Shown here: positions 1 to 10,619 of the stretch, piece after piece
Position numbering within the stretch: position 1 is the stretch's first letter
How the letters are laid out: each line of letters starts with the position of its first letter
Assembly: GCA_963829055.1 (NCBI GenBank)
Contig: CAWHHI010000006.1
Location: 544,001 to 608,000 of the forward strand
Source of the DNA: an uncultured Gemmatimonadaceae bacterium
Lineage (GTDB): Bacteria; Gemmatimonadota; Gemmatimonadetes; Gemmatimonadales; Gemmatimonadaceae
DNA length: 64,000 bases
Direction of reading: 5' to 3'
Program-made: the position numbers and the translations under genes
The notes under the pieces: model-generated
Database searches by the model: none
The model's input: only the letters and a program-made list of their open reading frames with translations
Told to the model about the DNA's origin: nothing

Positions 1-506
1 TGCGCAAAGTCCTGCGCACGTCGAGCGACGCCGACCACAGGGCGTTCGCGGCCGAGGTGCTGGCGTATGCGCCTAACAAGCAGAGCGTCGTCCCCGACCT
101 GGTCTACGCGATGCGCGATCGCTCGGCTGACGTCCGCAACAACGCGACGCGCGCGCTCGCGCTGATCGCGATGTACGGCCAGCAGCACCCGGAGGCCAAG
201 ATCACGGTCCCGTTCGAGCCGTTCATCGACCTGCTGAACTCCCTGGCGTGGACGGACAGGAACAAGGCGTCGCTGGCGCTCATGGCAGTGACGGAGAGCC
301 GCAACCCGGCGCTCCTCGCGGCGCTCAAGACGCGCGCGTTCGACTCCCTCGTCGACATCGCGCAGTGGACGAACCCGGGGCACGCGATGGCCGGCGATCT
401 ACATGCTCGGTCGCATCGCGGGCATCGCCGATCCGGAGATCTACGCGATGTTCGAGCGAGGAGAACGCGACAAGATCATCGAGGCGCGCACGCGAAGGCC
501 AAGTAG
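1..506 (+). CDS. HEAT-repeat protein, 5' truncated by the window edge, frameshift near 400
   Basis: HEAT-like repeats (DRSADVRNNATRALA, DRNKASLAL); reading continues in ORF 403 (MLGRIAGIADPEI). Confidence 0.55.
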   Translation, partial: RKVLRTSSDADHRAFAAEVLAYAPNKQSVVPDLVYAMRDRSADVRNNATRALALIAMYGQQHPEAKITVPFEPFIDLLNSLAWTDRNKASLALMAVTESRNPALLAALKTRAFDSLVDIAQWTNPGHAMAGDLHARSHRGHRRSGDLRDVRARRTRQDHRGAHAKAK

Positions 507-835
507 CCGACATGCGGCAGCTGGCTGCACTCGGCTGTCGCAGTATTTCCGACGGTGGCCGCTTGACCTTGCGCCGACTGACAGCTGCGCCTTCGTACGC
601 TGGCCGTGCGCTGCGACGCTGCTGCTATTAGCCCGAGGAGCCGTCGTCAGTCCCGAGCGTCAGCGAGTCGGATCGCGATCGTCCCGGTAGAGACGCCTGT
701 ACCGCGGCGACTGGCGACTCGGCTCTCGGCTCGGCAGTCATGCCGGCGGATCGGGACTGAACCGTGCTCGACTGAGTGACTGGCCCACTTGGTACTGGCC
801 ATGCCGCCGCCGGATGCCCAGCCTCTCCCTGGCTC

Positions 836-3534
836 TCACCCCGTCGCCAAGCGCCGTCTTTGGGTCTACGCCTGCCGCGCGCCGAGCTGGGATCAGTGCG
901 GAGATGACCGCCGTCCCCGCCAGCAACCCGATCGCCACGATATAGGTGATCGGGTCCCGCGCCCCGACGCCCACCAACAGGCTCGAGAGTGCTCTCGCGC
1001 GCCAGCAGCGCGAGCGGCAGCCCGATCACGACGCCGAGCGCTACCAGCCGCAGCCCCTGTCGCACGACGAGCCGCACCACCTGCGCCGCGCCGGGCGCCG
1101 AGTGCCATGCGGATGCCGATCTCCTGGCGCCGCCGTCCGACGACGTACGAGAGCACCGCGTAGATCCCGCCTAACGCCAGCGACAGTGCGACCGCGCCGA
1201 AGGCGGCGAACGCGAACGCGATCGTCCGCCGATTCGCGATCGAGCGATTGACCGCCGCCTGCGCACTCTGCAGCTCGATGAGCGGGAGCTCCGGGTCGAG
1301 CCGCCTCACGACAGCGCGCGCCGCGGCGGCGACCGCCGCTGGCGCACTCGCCGAACGGATCGCGATGCCGTACGACGGCCGAAAGTTGCTCGTGTCCACG
1401 TCGCTCGACGACAGATAGAGACCGGGCCGCATGGGGTCGACGAGCCCGTAGTGCCTGACGTCCCTCACCACGCCGACCACCGTCATCACCTGCGACGTCG
1501 CGGTATCGCCGCTCCACTTCATCCGGCGCCCCGTCGGGTCAGCGACGTTAGGCCAGAGCTGACGCGCGAGCTGCTCGTTGATGACCACCGGATGTCGGCC
1601 ACGCGCTCGCGCCTCGTCGTCACGCGAAGAACCGACCGCGCGCGAGCCGGATTCCCATCGTCCCGAAGTAGCCTGACGATGCATAACGCATGAGCACGAC
1701 CGGGTTCGACTCGTTCCTCGCCGGTGGCGGCGCGCCCTCGGCCTCTACGAAGCCTCCCCAGTGACATCCGAACGGCAGACAGGTGACGATCCCGGCGCTC
1801 GTGACGCCTGGTGTTGCCTGCAGTTCGTCGACGAGCCTCGAGTAGAACCGCTCCTGCATCACAGCCGATTCGCGTACTTCGCTCGCGGTAGCGCGAGTCG
1901 GAACGTCGTCACGCCGTCCGGCCGGAAGCCTGGGTCGGTGTTGCGCAGGTTTCCGTAGGCGCGGACGAGCAGTCCGCTGCCGGCGAGCAGCACGAGCGCG
2001 AGCGCGATCTCGATGACCACGAGCGCATCCAGCAGGCGCCGCTGCGGAAGGCCGACGCTCGTCCGCGTGCCGCGCACCGCCCCACGCCAGCGACCCGGCG
2101 ACATCGGCGCGCCGAGGTTGCAGCGCGGGCACGAGACCGAAGACGATCGCGGTCAGCACGATGACGAGCGCCGCGAACGCGAGCGTGCGTCCGTCCGCCT
2201 GAAGCTGTACCCAGCCCGGAATCTGATCGGGCGCGGCAGCGACGAGCAGCCGGATTCCCCAGCGGCCCACGAGCGTCCCGATGATGCCGGCGATGGCGGC
2301 AAGGGCGAGACTCTCCGTGATCAGCTGGCGCCCAACCCTCCGCGCGCTCGCGCCTAACGCCATCCGGATGGCGATCTCGCGACGCCGGAAGATCGAGCGC
2401 GCGAGCATCGCGCCCGCGACGTTCGCGCAGGCGATCAGCAGCACGAGCAGCGCGCCGGCGCCGAGCGCCTTGCCCATGACGCGAAAGTTCGTGACGAACT
2501 GGTCGCGCAGTCCGGAGAGTCGCGGACTCACGACGTGCGCGGTGTCGCTCCGGGCCCAGACGGGCGCGTGTGCGCTCACGAGGTCTGCTCGCGCCTGCTC
2601 GATCGTCACGCCCGGCCTTCATGCGCGCGACGCCGTCGAACGAGTAGGACTGGCCCTGCTGATTCGGATCGCCGTTGAGCGGCATCCAGAACTGCGTTTT
2701 CCCGGGAAAGTCGGCCTCGGGCGGCAGGACGCCGATGATCGTGTACGGGACGCTGTTGATGCGAAGCGCTTGTCCCACGACGTCACGCGACCCGGCGAAC
2801 CGCGTCTGCCACAACCCATACGCGATGACGACCACGCGCGTCGGCGTGGGGCCGTCCTCTTCTTTCGTGAACGTCCGCCCGAGGATCGGACGGATGCCTA
2901 ACACTTTCGGGAAGTCGTACGTGACCGCGAGTCCGTCCGCGCGCGTCACTCCCGATTCGTCCGCGAGATTGATGCTCGTCTCCGACCACAGCGCCATCGC
3001 GTCGAACGCGCGGGCGCGTTCTCGCCACGTGAGGAAGTCGGGATAGTTGATGCCCGTGAATTCGAGGTTCCACGCCGGCGCGCGCTCGTTGAGATACACG
3101 AGCCGCTCGGCTTGCGGGAACGGGAATGGACGCAGGAAGAGTCCATCGACGATCGCGAAGACGGCGGTATTGGCCGCCACGCCTAACGCGAGCGTGAGCA
3201 CGATGAGGGCTGTCGGGCCGGGCTGGCGCGTGAACGACCGAACGGCGAAGCGCAGGTCGGCGAGGAACGAACGCATCGTGGACTCCTCGTTAGGACGCCT
3301 GCCGCGACGCCGCCAGTGCTCGTAGGGCGCGCGTCGCGCGATGTCCAAGGCGGACGCGATCGCGAACCAGAGTTGCGCGAGCAGACCGCTCGAGCGAGCG
3401 GCGCTCAGCTCATCCGCGAACAGCGCTTCGATCTCGGCGCCGTCGCGGTCGCGCATGTCGGCCGGGAGCAGGAAGAGCAGAGCGCGATACGCGCGGACGG
3501 CGAATGACCGGCGTGGCGAACGAGGCGTGGTCAC
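836..3534 (-). CDS. ADOP-type duplicated MacB/FtsX ABC permease (frameshifted)
   Basis: Motifs [69 protein letters not shown] spread over ORFs 1909-3870, 1620-2609, 1859-2104, 893-1684, 628-1080 and 738-977. Confidence 0.9.
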
Positions 3535-3870
3535 GACGGACTCTCCGACTCGCGCGAGTCGTCGCTGCGCCACACCGACGAGCGACTGCATCCGCTCGAT
3601 CTCGGCCACGAGCGCGCGCCGGCCTTGTGGCGTTATGCGGAACCAGCGTCGGTGGCCACGGTCCTCATCGGCTTGCGGCGCGACGTCGAGCTCGCGGATC
3701 CATGACGCTTCGCGGAGCTCGTCGAGCGACCCGTAGAGCGTGACGGGCCAGAGCCGGAGCTCGCCGCCGGTGAGCTCGAGCACGTCCCGCACGATGCCCG
3801 AGCCGTGTCGATCCCGCTCGGCCAGGGAGAGCAGGATGAAGAACCAGTGCCGCCGCATGTCGGTCGCCAT
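3531..3870 (-). CDS. PadR-family transcriptional regulator
   Basis: ILLSLAERDRHGSGI...LYGSLDEL...RRWFRITPQGRRAL; GTGA overlap with the permease at 3531-3534 is one base out of frame. Confidence 0.88.
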
Positions 3871-3873
3871 GCG

Positions 3874-3897
3874 CGATTATACAGCACAGTATAATCG
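3874..3897. promoter_or_regulatory. Palindromic operator, probable PadR autoregulatory site
   Basis: CGATTATAC-N6-GTATAATCG perfect inverted repeat 3 nt upstream of the padR ATG. Confidence 0.65.
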
Positions 3898-3936
3898 ATC
3901 GGCAAGCATGTCATTCACGGCAGGAGCCACTCTGAG

Positions 3937-4139
3937 CATCCGGCGGCAGCTTGGCGAGTACCAAGTGCGTCAGCGACTGCTCAGCAGCAGGTGTCAGGCA
4001 TCAGGTCCCGTATCCGCCGGCTTGGGGCGCGCGTGGGGTCGTGCCGCGCGGACTGGCGACTGGGCTCGGAGACTGATACCTGACACCTCGTACTCAAGTG
4101 CTGAAGTGCTGAGCGACTGGCCAGGACGCCGAGATGATG
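3937..4139. repeat. Degenerate palindromic intergenic element (family C)
   Basis: Shares ATCCGGCGGC..TGGC.AGTA..AAGTGCGTCAG, CTGATACCTGA.ACCTC and ACTGGCCAGG..GAGATGATG with 27755-27900; 5' block also at 781-816 (reverse). Confidence 0.6.
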
Positions 4140-4144
4140 TCTGG

Positions 4145-4588
4145 CTAGAGCAGATGCTTGCCCGTGGCAACGTGCGCGATGAGCACGTCGGGCACATCCT
4201 GAATCGCGCGATGGTAGCGCCGATGAAACCCCTCGCCGTTCTCGTCGGGGCGCAGCAGCGCGCGCGCCTGGTTCAACAGGGCTTCGCCGTCAGCGACCGT
4301 CGGCTCGTCCGCGGCGAGCAGCTCATCGATCTGCACGACGAGGCCCGACAGCGGGTGCAGCCAGGCGAACCATGGGTCGTTCAGCACGAGCTGGAGGAGC
4401 GCGCCGCTGCCCTCGATCCGTCCCTGCTCACGCTCGTAGCGGATGCGTGCGTCGTCGAGCAGCGCCTTGTGAATGCGCAGCAGGCCGACTCGGACGTCGT
4501 CGAGCTGACGGCGGTCTTCGGCCGACAGCGGACGCGATGGGGCCGGAGAAGGTGAAGAGGACGGAGCGTTCGGCGGCGGGCTGGTCAT
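4145..4588 (-). CDS. Conserved hypothetical helical protein
   Basis: 147 aa ORF with natural composition (LLRIHKALLD, DPWFAWLHPLS). Confidence 0.7.
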   Translation of the reverse strand: MTSPPPNAPSSSPSPAPSRPLSAEDRRQLDDVRVGLLRIHKALLDDARIRYEREQGRIEGSGALLQLVLNDPWFAWLHPLSGLVVQIDELLAADEPTVADGEALLNQARALLRPDENGEGFHRRYHRAIQDVPDVLIAHVATGKHLL

Positions 4589-4692
4589 TGCAGGAAGGCG
4601 TTAGTCGGCGTTGCGGTCAGTCGGTTTTACGGGATGGTAATGGCTGCGCAAGCGTCGCGCCTCATAGCTCGTCCACTACCCTCGACTGGTAC

Positions 4693-5317
4693 GATGCGCG
4701 AGTCTTCAGGCGTGACCGATCCACGGCAACTTCCGACGCGGCCAATCGAGCAGGTGCGTGAACGCGTCGTCGAGGCGCTCAGCGAACACTTTGCCCGCGA
4801 CAATCTGTCGATCGAGGATCTCGAGACGCGCATGGCGCGCGTGTACTCGGCGACCACGCCGCACGAGGTCGAAGCGTTGCTCGATGGCCTGCCGGCGCTC
4901 GCCACGGGTGCGCCGGTTCCGGTTTCGGTCGACTCGTTCTCATCGACGCCGAAGCTGCGAGAGCGGCTGGTCGCGATCATGTCGGGGATCGTGCGCCGAG
5001 GGGCGTGGCGGATTCCGCGACGGCTGAGGGTGGTGGCGATCATGGGCGGCGTCGAGCTCGACCTCCGTCAGGCGGAGCTGCCGCCGGGTGTCACGGAGAT
5101 CAGCGCGTTCGTGCTGATGGGCGGGCTCGTGGTTCGCGTTCCGCCTGGTGTTCGCCTCGAGACCGACGGCTTCGCGTTCATGGGCGGATTCGAGGATCGC
5201 ATGCACGACCCGGGCATCGCGCGCGCGGACGCGCCCGTAGTGCGAGTGACGGGTGTCGCGATCATGGGCGGGGTCGATGCCCAGGTACTGGCGGTCGGGG
5301 CTTACGTTGACGACTGA
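4693..5317 (+). CDS. DUF1707 (SHOCT-like) + LiaF/DUF2154-like domain protein
   Basis: RERVVEALSEHFARDNLSIEDLETRM and repeated AIMGGVELDLR / FMGGF motifs. Confidence 0.8.
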
Positions 5318-5318
5318 G

Positions 5319-5400
5319 ACGGGAACAGGGAACCGGGAACAGAGGCTGCTCGCAGCGAGCGACACGCAGCTACCGGTTCCCGGTTACCCGTTCCCCGTCT
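5319..5400. repeat. Inverted heptamer tandem repeat (GGGAAC[A/C])n between convergent genes, probable terminator region
   Basis: acgggaacagggaaccgggaacag ... ccggttcccggttacccgttccccgt. Confidence 0.55.
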
Positions 5401-5841
5401 CCGCTCTTCTCCCACTCCACTTCGTCTCCAACACGAATCTCTCCGCCAGTTAGCACCATCGCGAACGCTCCGCCGCGCCAGTTCGGGTACATCGCCGCCC
5501 GCAGGCCGGGAACGGCTTCCTCCATGCGCTCGCACGGCTTGGTCTCGCCGGCGATCTCGAGTCTCGCGACGCCGATGCGGAGTACGCGCTTTCGCGTGTC
5601 GGCGAGTGCGACGCCACTGATCATGAGGTTCGCGCGACGAGTCGACGGCGGGGCGTCGGCGCCGGTCTCGCGCATCAGTTCCTCCCAGATCTCGCGCTCG
5701 ATGATCGTGACCTGCCGGCGGCTGCTGCGATCAATGCCGCCCTCGATGCCTTTGCCCGCGATCAACACGACCGACTCGCGAGCATCCATCGGGCCGCGGT
5801 GAGCACGCTTCAACCAGATCGCCTCGAGCCGGCCAGGCCAT
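5370..5841 (-). CDS. MOSC domain protein
   Basis: GRLEAIWLKRAHRGPM, RQVTII, RRANLMISG, ETKPCERM, GGEIRVGD; probable 1-nt error just after the ATG at 5841. Confidence 0.85.
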
Positions 5842-5898
5842 TCTGAGCCCTCGGGTTCAGAGTCGAATGTCGTCGTTCGATCGCAGCGTGGTTGAACC

Positions 5899-6168
5899 GC
5901 TTCGGCACGCATCCAGAACGAAGGTGTTTCCGGAAAAAGCCGGAAACAACTGACAGGGCCCGATCCCATCGCGACCCCGACAGATCGTCGCGCCGGGTCT
6001 TTTTGAAAAAGGGGAACGGCCTCGTGAGACCACTGCGTCCCCGAGGCCGCTCCCCTTTCCGTCACGGCTCGTTGCGGCACCGACTCTCCCGACGCCGGAC
6101 CGATCCGCCCGATCCGGTGTTTCCGGCCGTTTCCGTTCACACCCTCGGTTCTGGATGCGTGCCGAAGC
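5899..6168. repeat. Foldback element (family B) with long terminal inverted repeats and a central hairpin
   Basis: Perfect 21-bp IR 5899-5919 / 6148-6168 extending imperfectly to ~50 bp; internal hairpin 6008-6058. Confidence 0.75.
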
Positions 6169-6173
6169 AGTGG

Positions 6174-6926
6174 CTAACTCGGTTCAGAGATGACTGCGAG
6201 CAGCGGATAGTGATCCGATGCCGCAGCGGCATCGGGTGCTTTGTCAGCTACCGAGCACTCGTTGATGCGCGATGCGTACTGCTCCGGCGTGAAGACGTAG
6301 TCCAGCCTAACGTGGGCGCCCCACGTCGGGAACGTGTAGCCATCGCCCGTCGGATGCAGCCGACGCCACGCGTCCACGTACCGCTCATCGAGCATCACCT
6401 GAATCGTCTCGCGCGCGATGTCTCGGCCGCTGATCCACACCATCGCGCGAATCCAGCGCGGCATCTGAGCGACCTGCAGACGCTCGCCCGGCGCGAGCGC
6501 GTTGAAGTCACCGGCAATGATGTGAAAGCCGTTCTGATGCTCGCGAATGCCATCGAGCAGCAGGCGAATCTCGCGCGCGCGACGGCGCTCGCTCCACTTC
6601 GAGAACCACGCGCTCAGGTGAAGCCCGAAGATCCTCGGGTGCGGTCCCTCGAGCACGACCTCGAGAAACGGATGCTTGGCGCCGCGCGGACTGTGCCAGG
6701 CGTGATGCGTGACCGGTAAGCGACTCAGAAATCCAGTCGAGTGTCCGGGCCGAGAACCCCAGTGCGCGAAGCCGGCCTGTTCAGCGACACGCTCGATCAC
6801 GCGCGGGTCGGTCGCTTCCTGCAGCACGACGATGTCGGGTGCGCATCCCTGGATCACCGAAGCGAGCTGCGCTTCGCGTCCCGTTCCACCATACCGGATG
6901 TTGTAGCTGAGGAACCGCAGGCTCAC
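6174..6926 (-). CDS. Endonuclease/exonuclease/phosphatase (EEP) family protein
   Basis: SYNI, DIVVLQE, IIAGDFN, RLDYVF, SDHYP motifs. Confidence 0.92.
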   Translation of the reverse strand: MSLRFLSYNIRYGGTGREAQLASVIQGCAPDIVVLQEATDPRVIERVAEQAGFAHWGSRPGHSTGFLSRLPVTHHAWHSPRGAKHPFLEVVLEGPHPRIFGLHLSAWFSKWSERRRAREIRLLLDGIREHQNGFHIIAGDFNALAPGERLQVAQMPRWIRAMVWISGRDIARETIQVMLDERYVDAWRRLHPTGDGYTFPTWGAHVRLDYVFTPEQYASRINECSVADKAPDAAAASDHYPLLAVISEPS

Positions 6927-7567
6927 GCGCGGGCGTCGTCCGTCGAACCACGCCGACGCTCAGCCAGCACACCGGAATCAGCAGCCTCGTTCGCGCGAGT
7001 AGGCGCGTCGGCGTGACCGCTCGCGACGTCAGCCAACGATCGGTCCTCCTCTTTTTCCTCGGCCCCGTCTTCATTCTCGCCCGCGTCGATGAGCTTGAAG
7101 TACGGCTGATCGAACAGCACATCGCGCGCATACTGCACGAAGCTCGACGTCGCCTGAATGTTCACCGGGCGCCCCGCGATCTTGCAGAGCGCGCGACGGA
7201 GCGGAACGAGCGACGGACACGAATGCGGCGTGTGGTCGTTGAGCGGCGCGGTGTGCAACTTCGGGATGTAGAACGCGTCGTCGTTCCACAGCTTGAGCAT
7301 GTCGCCGCCGACGAGCGTGAGGTCGATGTCGCTGGTGCCTGGGCCATCGGCGTCGAACGGAGCGCCGTCCTCCCACCGCACGCCGATCACGGCGCTGCCG
7401 CGCAGGACGACGGTAACGTCGGCGGGCAGCGCTTCGCGTAACGCACTGACGAAAGCGTCGAAGCGCGCGCGATCACCGCCGAACGCGAGCTGCACGATCC
7501 GCTCCTCTATCTGAGCGTCGGTCAGCTCGCGAGTCTTCTCGGTGGCTTCCTTGGCCTGCTCGTTCAT
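6923..7567 (-). CDS. Hypothetical protein with a Pol-beta-like nucleotidyltransferase motif
   Basis: VVLRGSAVIG...SDIDLTLV; ATGA overlap with the EEP gene. Confidence 0.6.
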   Translation of the reverse strand: MNEQAKEATEKTRELTDAQIEERIVQLAFGGDRARFDAFVSALREALPADVTVVLRGSAVIGVRWEDGAPFDADGPGTSDIDLTLVGGDMLKLWNDDAFYIPKLHTAPLNDHTPHSCPSLVPLRRALCKIAGRPVNIQATSSFVQYARDVLFDQPYFKLIDAGENEDGAEEKEEDRSLADVASGHADAPTRANEAADSGVLAERRRGSTDDARA

Positions 7568-7652
7568 GGTGTCCGGTGTTGAGGTCGAGCTACCTCAGTA
7601 GCAAGCCCTGAACCGTCTCGGCCATAACCGGACTCCGCCATGCGACGTGCGT

Positions 7653-8090
7653 CTAGTCTTCTTCCTCGTCCTCGTCTTCCGAGTCGGCGCTCGCGGCACC
7701 GTTCGCCATGCGCTCACACGATTCGGCGCAGGCCGCGCAGATCTCGGCGCAATGCACCAGCCGTTCGTCTCCGGAGATCGAGCGGCACGCCTCCTCACAC
7801 GCCCGGCAGAGCTCGGCGCAGGCGGCGCACGTCACCACGTGATGTGGCGATCCGCGCAGCATGAAGTTCGCGCTGACCTGACAGATCTCCGCGCAATCCA
7901 GGAGCACGCCGATCATGTTGACGTCGGCGTGCTCTCCACCCTCCGTCATGCAGTACTGGGCGGTCATCGTGCACACGGCGTGGCAGTTCAGGCACTCCTC
8001 GATGCAGCGCTGAAGCTCGTCGTGCTCCTCTTCGTGCTCGTGATCGGGGTCGTACTCGTGCCCATGTGAGTGCTCGTGGCTGTGAGCCAT
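7653..8090 (-). CDS. Four-helix-bundle copper storage protein (Csp/DUF326-like)
   Basis: Repeated CxxxCxxCxxxC motifs, His-rich N-terminus, acidic tail, GGAGG RBS. Confidence 0.88.
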   Translation of the reverse strand: MAHSHEHSHGHEYDPDHEHEEEHDELQRCIEECLNCHAVCTMTAQYCMTEGGEHADVNMIGVLLDCAEICQVSANFMLRGSPHHVVTCAACAELCRACEEACRSISGDERLVHCAEICAACAESCERMANGAASADSEDEDEEED

Positions 8091-8230
8091 AGCCCCTCCG
8101 CCCCTGACGAACTGGTGGTATTCGCAGCGTTTCCGTGATCGACCTGGACTTTCGGCACGATGCGTACCGTGGTCCTTCGTCGATCCTGTAATCACCACAG
8201 AAGTTCGCCGAGGGCAAGAGGCGAATTCGC

Positions 8231-9661
8231 TTACAGATAGCTCAACCAGCGATCGCTGCGACGGCTCCGCAGCGCGGCGAACCAGCGACATGGGAAGTAG
8301 AGGATGACTACCGTCGCGATCGTTATCGCGTAGAGGGCGGTGAGACTGTACATGTAACCCGGCGGCGCTGGCGGCACGAACATGGGATGATTGGCCGTCA
8401 TCCACGGGATCACGCTGCCGAAGCGCGCGATCGACAGGCCGACGAAGATCAGGTGGATGAGTGGGATGTGCAGCACGTAATAGAAGAGCGGCACGCGCCC
8501 GAACACCGTGAGCACGCGCGCGACCGGTCCACGCGCTCGCTCCAACAGTGGAATGAGCAGAATTGTCGGCCCGAGCGTCATGAGCAGAAACAACAGCGAC
8601 GCCGGGTACTTGGCGGTATTGATGAACTGCAACGCGGCTGGCATGCGGGGCAGCGGCCGTCGTTGTGCGCGAGGCGGTGCTCCACCAGCCGGCGCGCCGG
8701 CTGGCACGTTAGGCGGACGGGCCGGTTGCCCGGTCACTGTCTGACCGCTCGACGCCGCCATCTGCGCCGCGGCTCTCTGCGCAGCTGCCCTTTGAGCCGC
8801 ATCACCCCACGGACGCGGATCGCCGTAGAATGTTGAATCCGCGCAGTACGAGAAACGCGACGATCGCGCCGCCGCCTAACGCCAGGCAGATCCGCCGGCG
8901 GCGGGCGGCATCCACCCGCATCACGGGCCCGAACGCGTAGCCGGCGGCCATCACGCCGATCCACGGAATGATCGAGTACAGCACAGCGAGCTGCGGTCCA
9001 TTCTCCCCGCCACCGAGCGAGATGCTGCCAGCGCGGTAGAACAGCTGATACAGCCACCCGAGGCTGCTCGCGCCGAGTGACTGGTCGAGCTGCTGCGCAA
9101 AGGGATCGGTGAGGTTGTGGAGCGCGATGATCGCGACGCCGATGGTGCCAATGGCCGCGAGCGGGAGGTAGACGAGTCCCGCCATGAGGATCATGCACCA
9201 TCCGATCACCCAGATCACGCCAGCGAGCGTGTAGTGCGCGTAGTCGAAGTTGAACGTCCACGCGAATCGGAGCACCGTCAGCTCGAGCAGCACGAGCCAC
9301 GCGCCGCGCGTCAGGAGAAACCGCGCCAGCACGCCGCGATCGTGCACGCCGCGATCGCGCACCTTCTCCCCATACAGAAACGCCGCGGTACCTGCGAGGA
9401 AAATGAATGCCGGCGCGCAGAAGTTGGTGACCCATCGCGTGAAGAACACGCCGGGCCAGGGGCCGCCGGCGGGAACCCCCGCGTACACGCGCACGTGGTC
9501 GATTGCCATGAGCACCATCACGGCGCCGCGGATGATGTCGATCGAGGCGATCCGCCGACTCTCGGCGGCGGGCCTGCCGCTCGTGCTCGCTGGTCTGCGG
9601 CAGGAGGCGAATACGCGTGTCCAGTCGCGCGAGCGCCTGCGGGGGAGACGACAGTGCTCAT
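8231..9661 (-). CDS. DUF1624 / HGSNAT-like membrane acyltransferase family protein (frameshifted)
   Basis: RIASIDIIRGAVMVLMAIDHVR, FFTRWVTNFCAPAF, KYPASLLFLLMTLGP, FGRVPLFYY. Confidence 0.85.
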
Positions 9662-9811
9662 CCTCGAGTCCTCGGTCCCTGGTTGAGCAGGACTGATGAT
9701 GCCGCATACTGCTCGAGCACAACGGCGAGTCAGCCAGCGGTGCGGGCTACTGGTGAATGGTCACCGTGGCGCAGCCAGTGGGCTGCCAGTGGGCTGCACG
9801 CAGCCCACGCG

Positions 9812-10619
9812 TTACCCCTTTCGGATCAGCTCCGCCACCTGTTCACGCCGACGCCGACTGACAGGCACGCGCGTCCCGTCACGCAGCACCAGCACCGATT
9901 CGCCCGAACTCGCCGTCCTCATTTCACGCACGCGATCGAGCCTAACGATGGCGGAGCGGTGCACCCGCACGAAGCAATTCGGCATCGAGCCGCTGCTCCA
10001 GTGACGCGAGCGACTCGCGGATGAGGTGGCGTCGCCCGCGCGCGTGCACCGCTGCGTAGTAGTCCTCCGCCTGAATCCAGTCGATCTCGTCGACGTCAAG
10101 AACAAGGTCACCTGTCGCCGTCGGCACGACCAGACGCCGGGCCGGAGCCACCGCGGCACCCGACACGAAACCGGCCGCATCGCCTCGCGGATCACCTCGA
10201 CGATCGTGCGCCGCGAGCAGATCGCCGATCCGCCGCGTCAACTCCAGCGCCTCCGCGAACCGCATCCGCTCGCGTACTCGGTCGAGCGCCGCCGCGAATC
10301 GCGCCTCGTTCACCGGCTTCACCAGATAGTCCAGCGCGTGCGTCTCGAACGCGCGCACCGCGAACTCATCGTACGCCGTCACGAAGACGACGTGCGGCAT
10401 CCGCGCCGCGCCACGCGCGCGTACGACCTCGAACCCGTCGAGCTCCGGCATCTGCACGTCGAGAAAGACGAGATCCGGCGCGAGCGTCTCGAGCGCCGTC
10501 AACGCTTCGCGCCCGTTCCGACACTCGCCGACGATGTCGACGTCCTCGCACGGCTCTAGCAGCTGGCGGATGCCACGACGCGCGAGCGGCTCGTCGTCGA
10601 CGATGAGCGCACGAATCAT
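9812..10619 (-). CDS. LytTR-family response regulator (frameshift near 9980)
   Basis: IVDDEPLAR, FLDVQMP, FVTAYD, FVRVHRSAIV, VPVSRRR. Confidence 0.92.

Noticed and set aside
1909..3870. Apparent PadR-ABC permease fusion (653-aa ORF)
   Set aside because: A GTGA stop/start overlap sits one base out of frame at 3531-3534, so a single extra base in this indel-rich sequence explains the fusion
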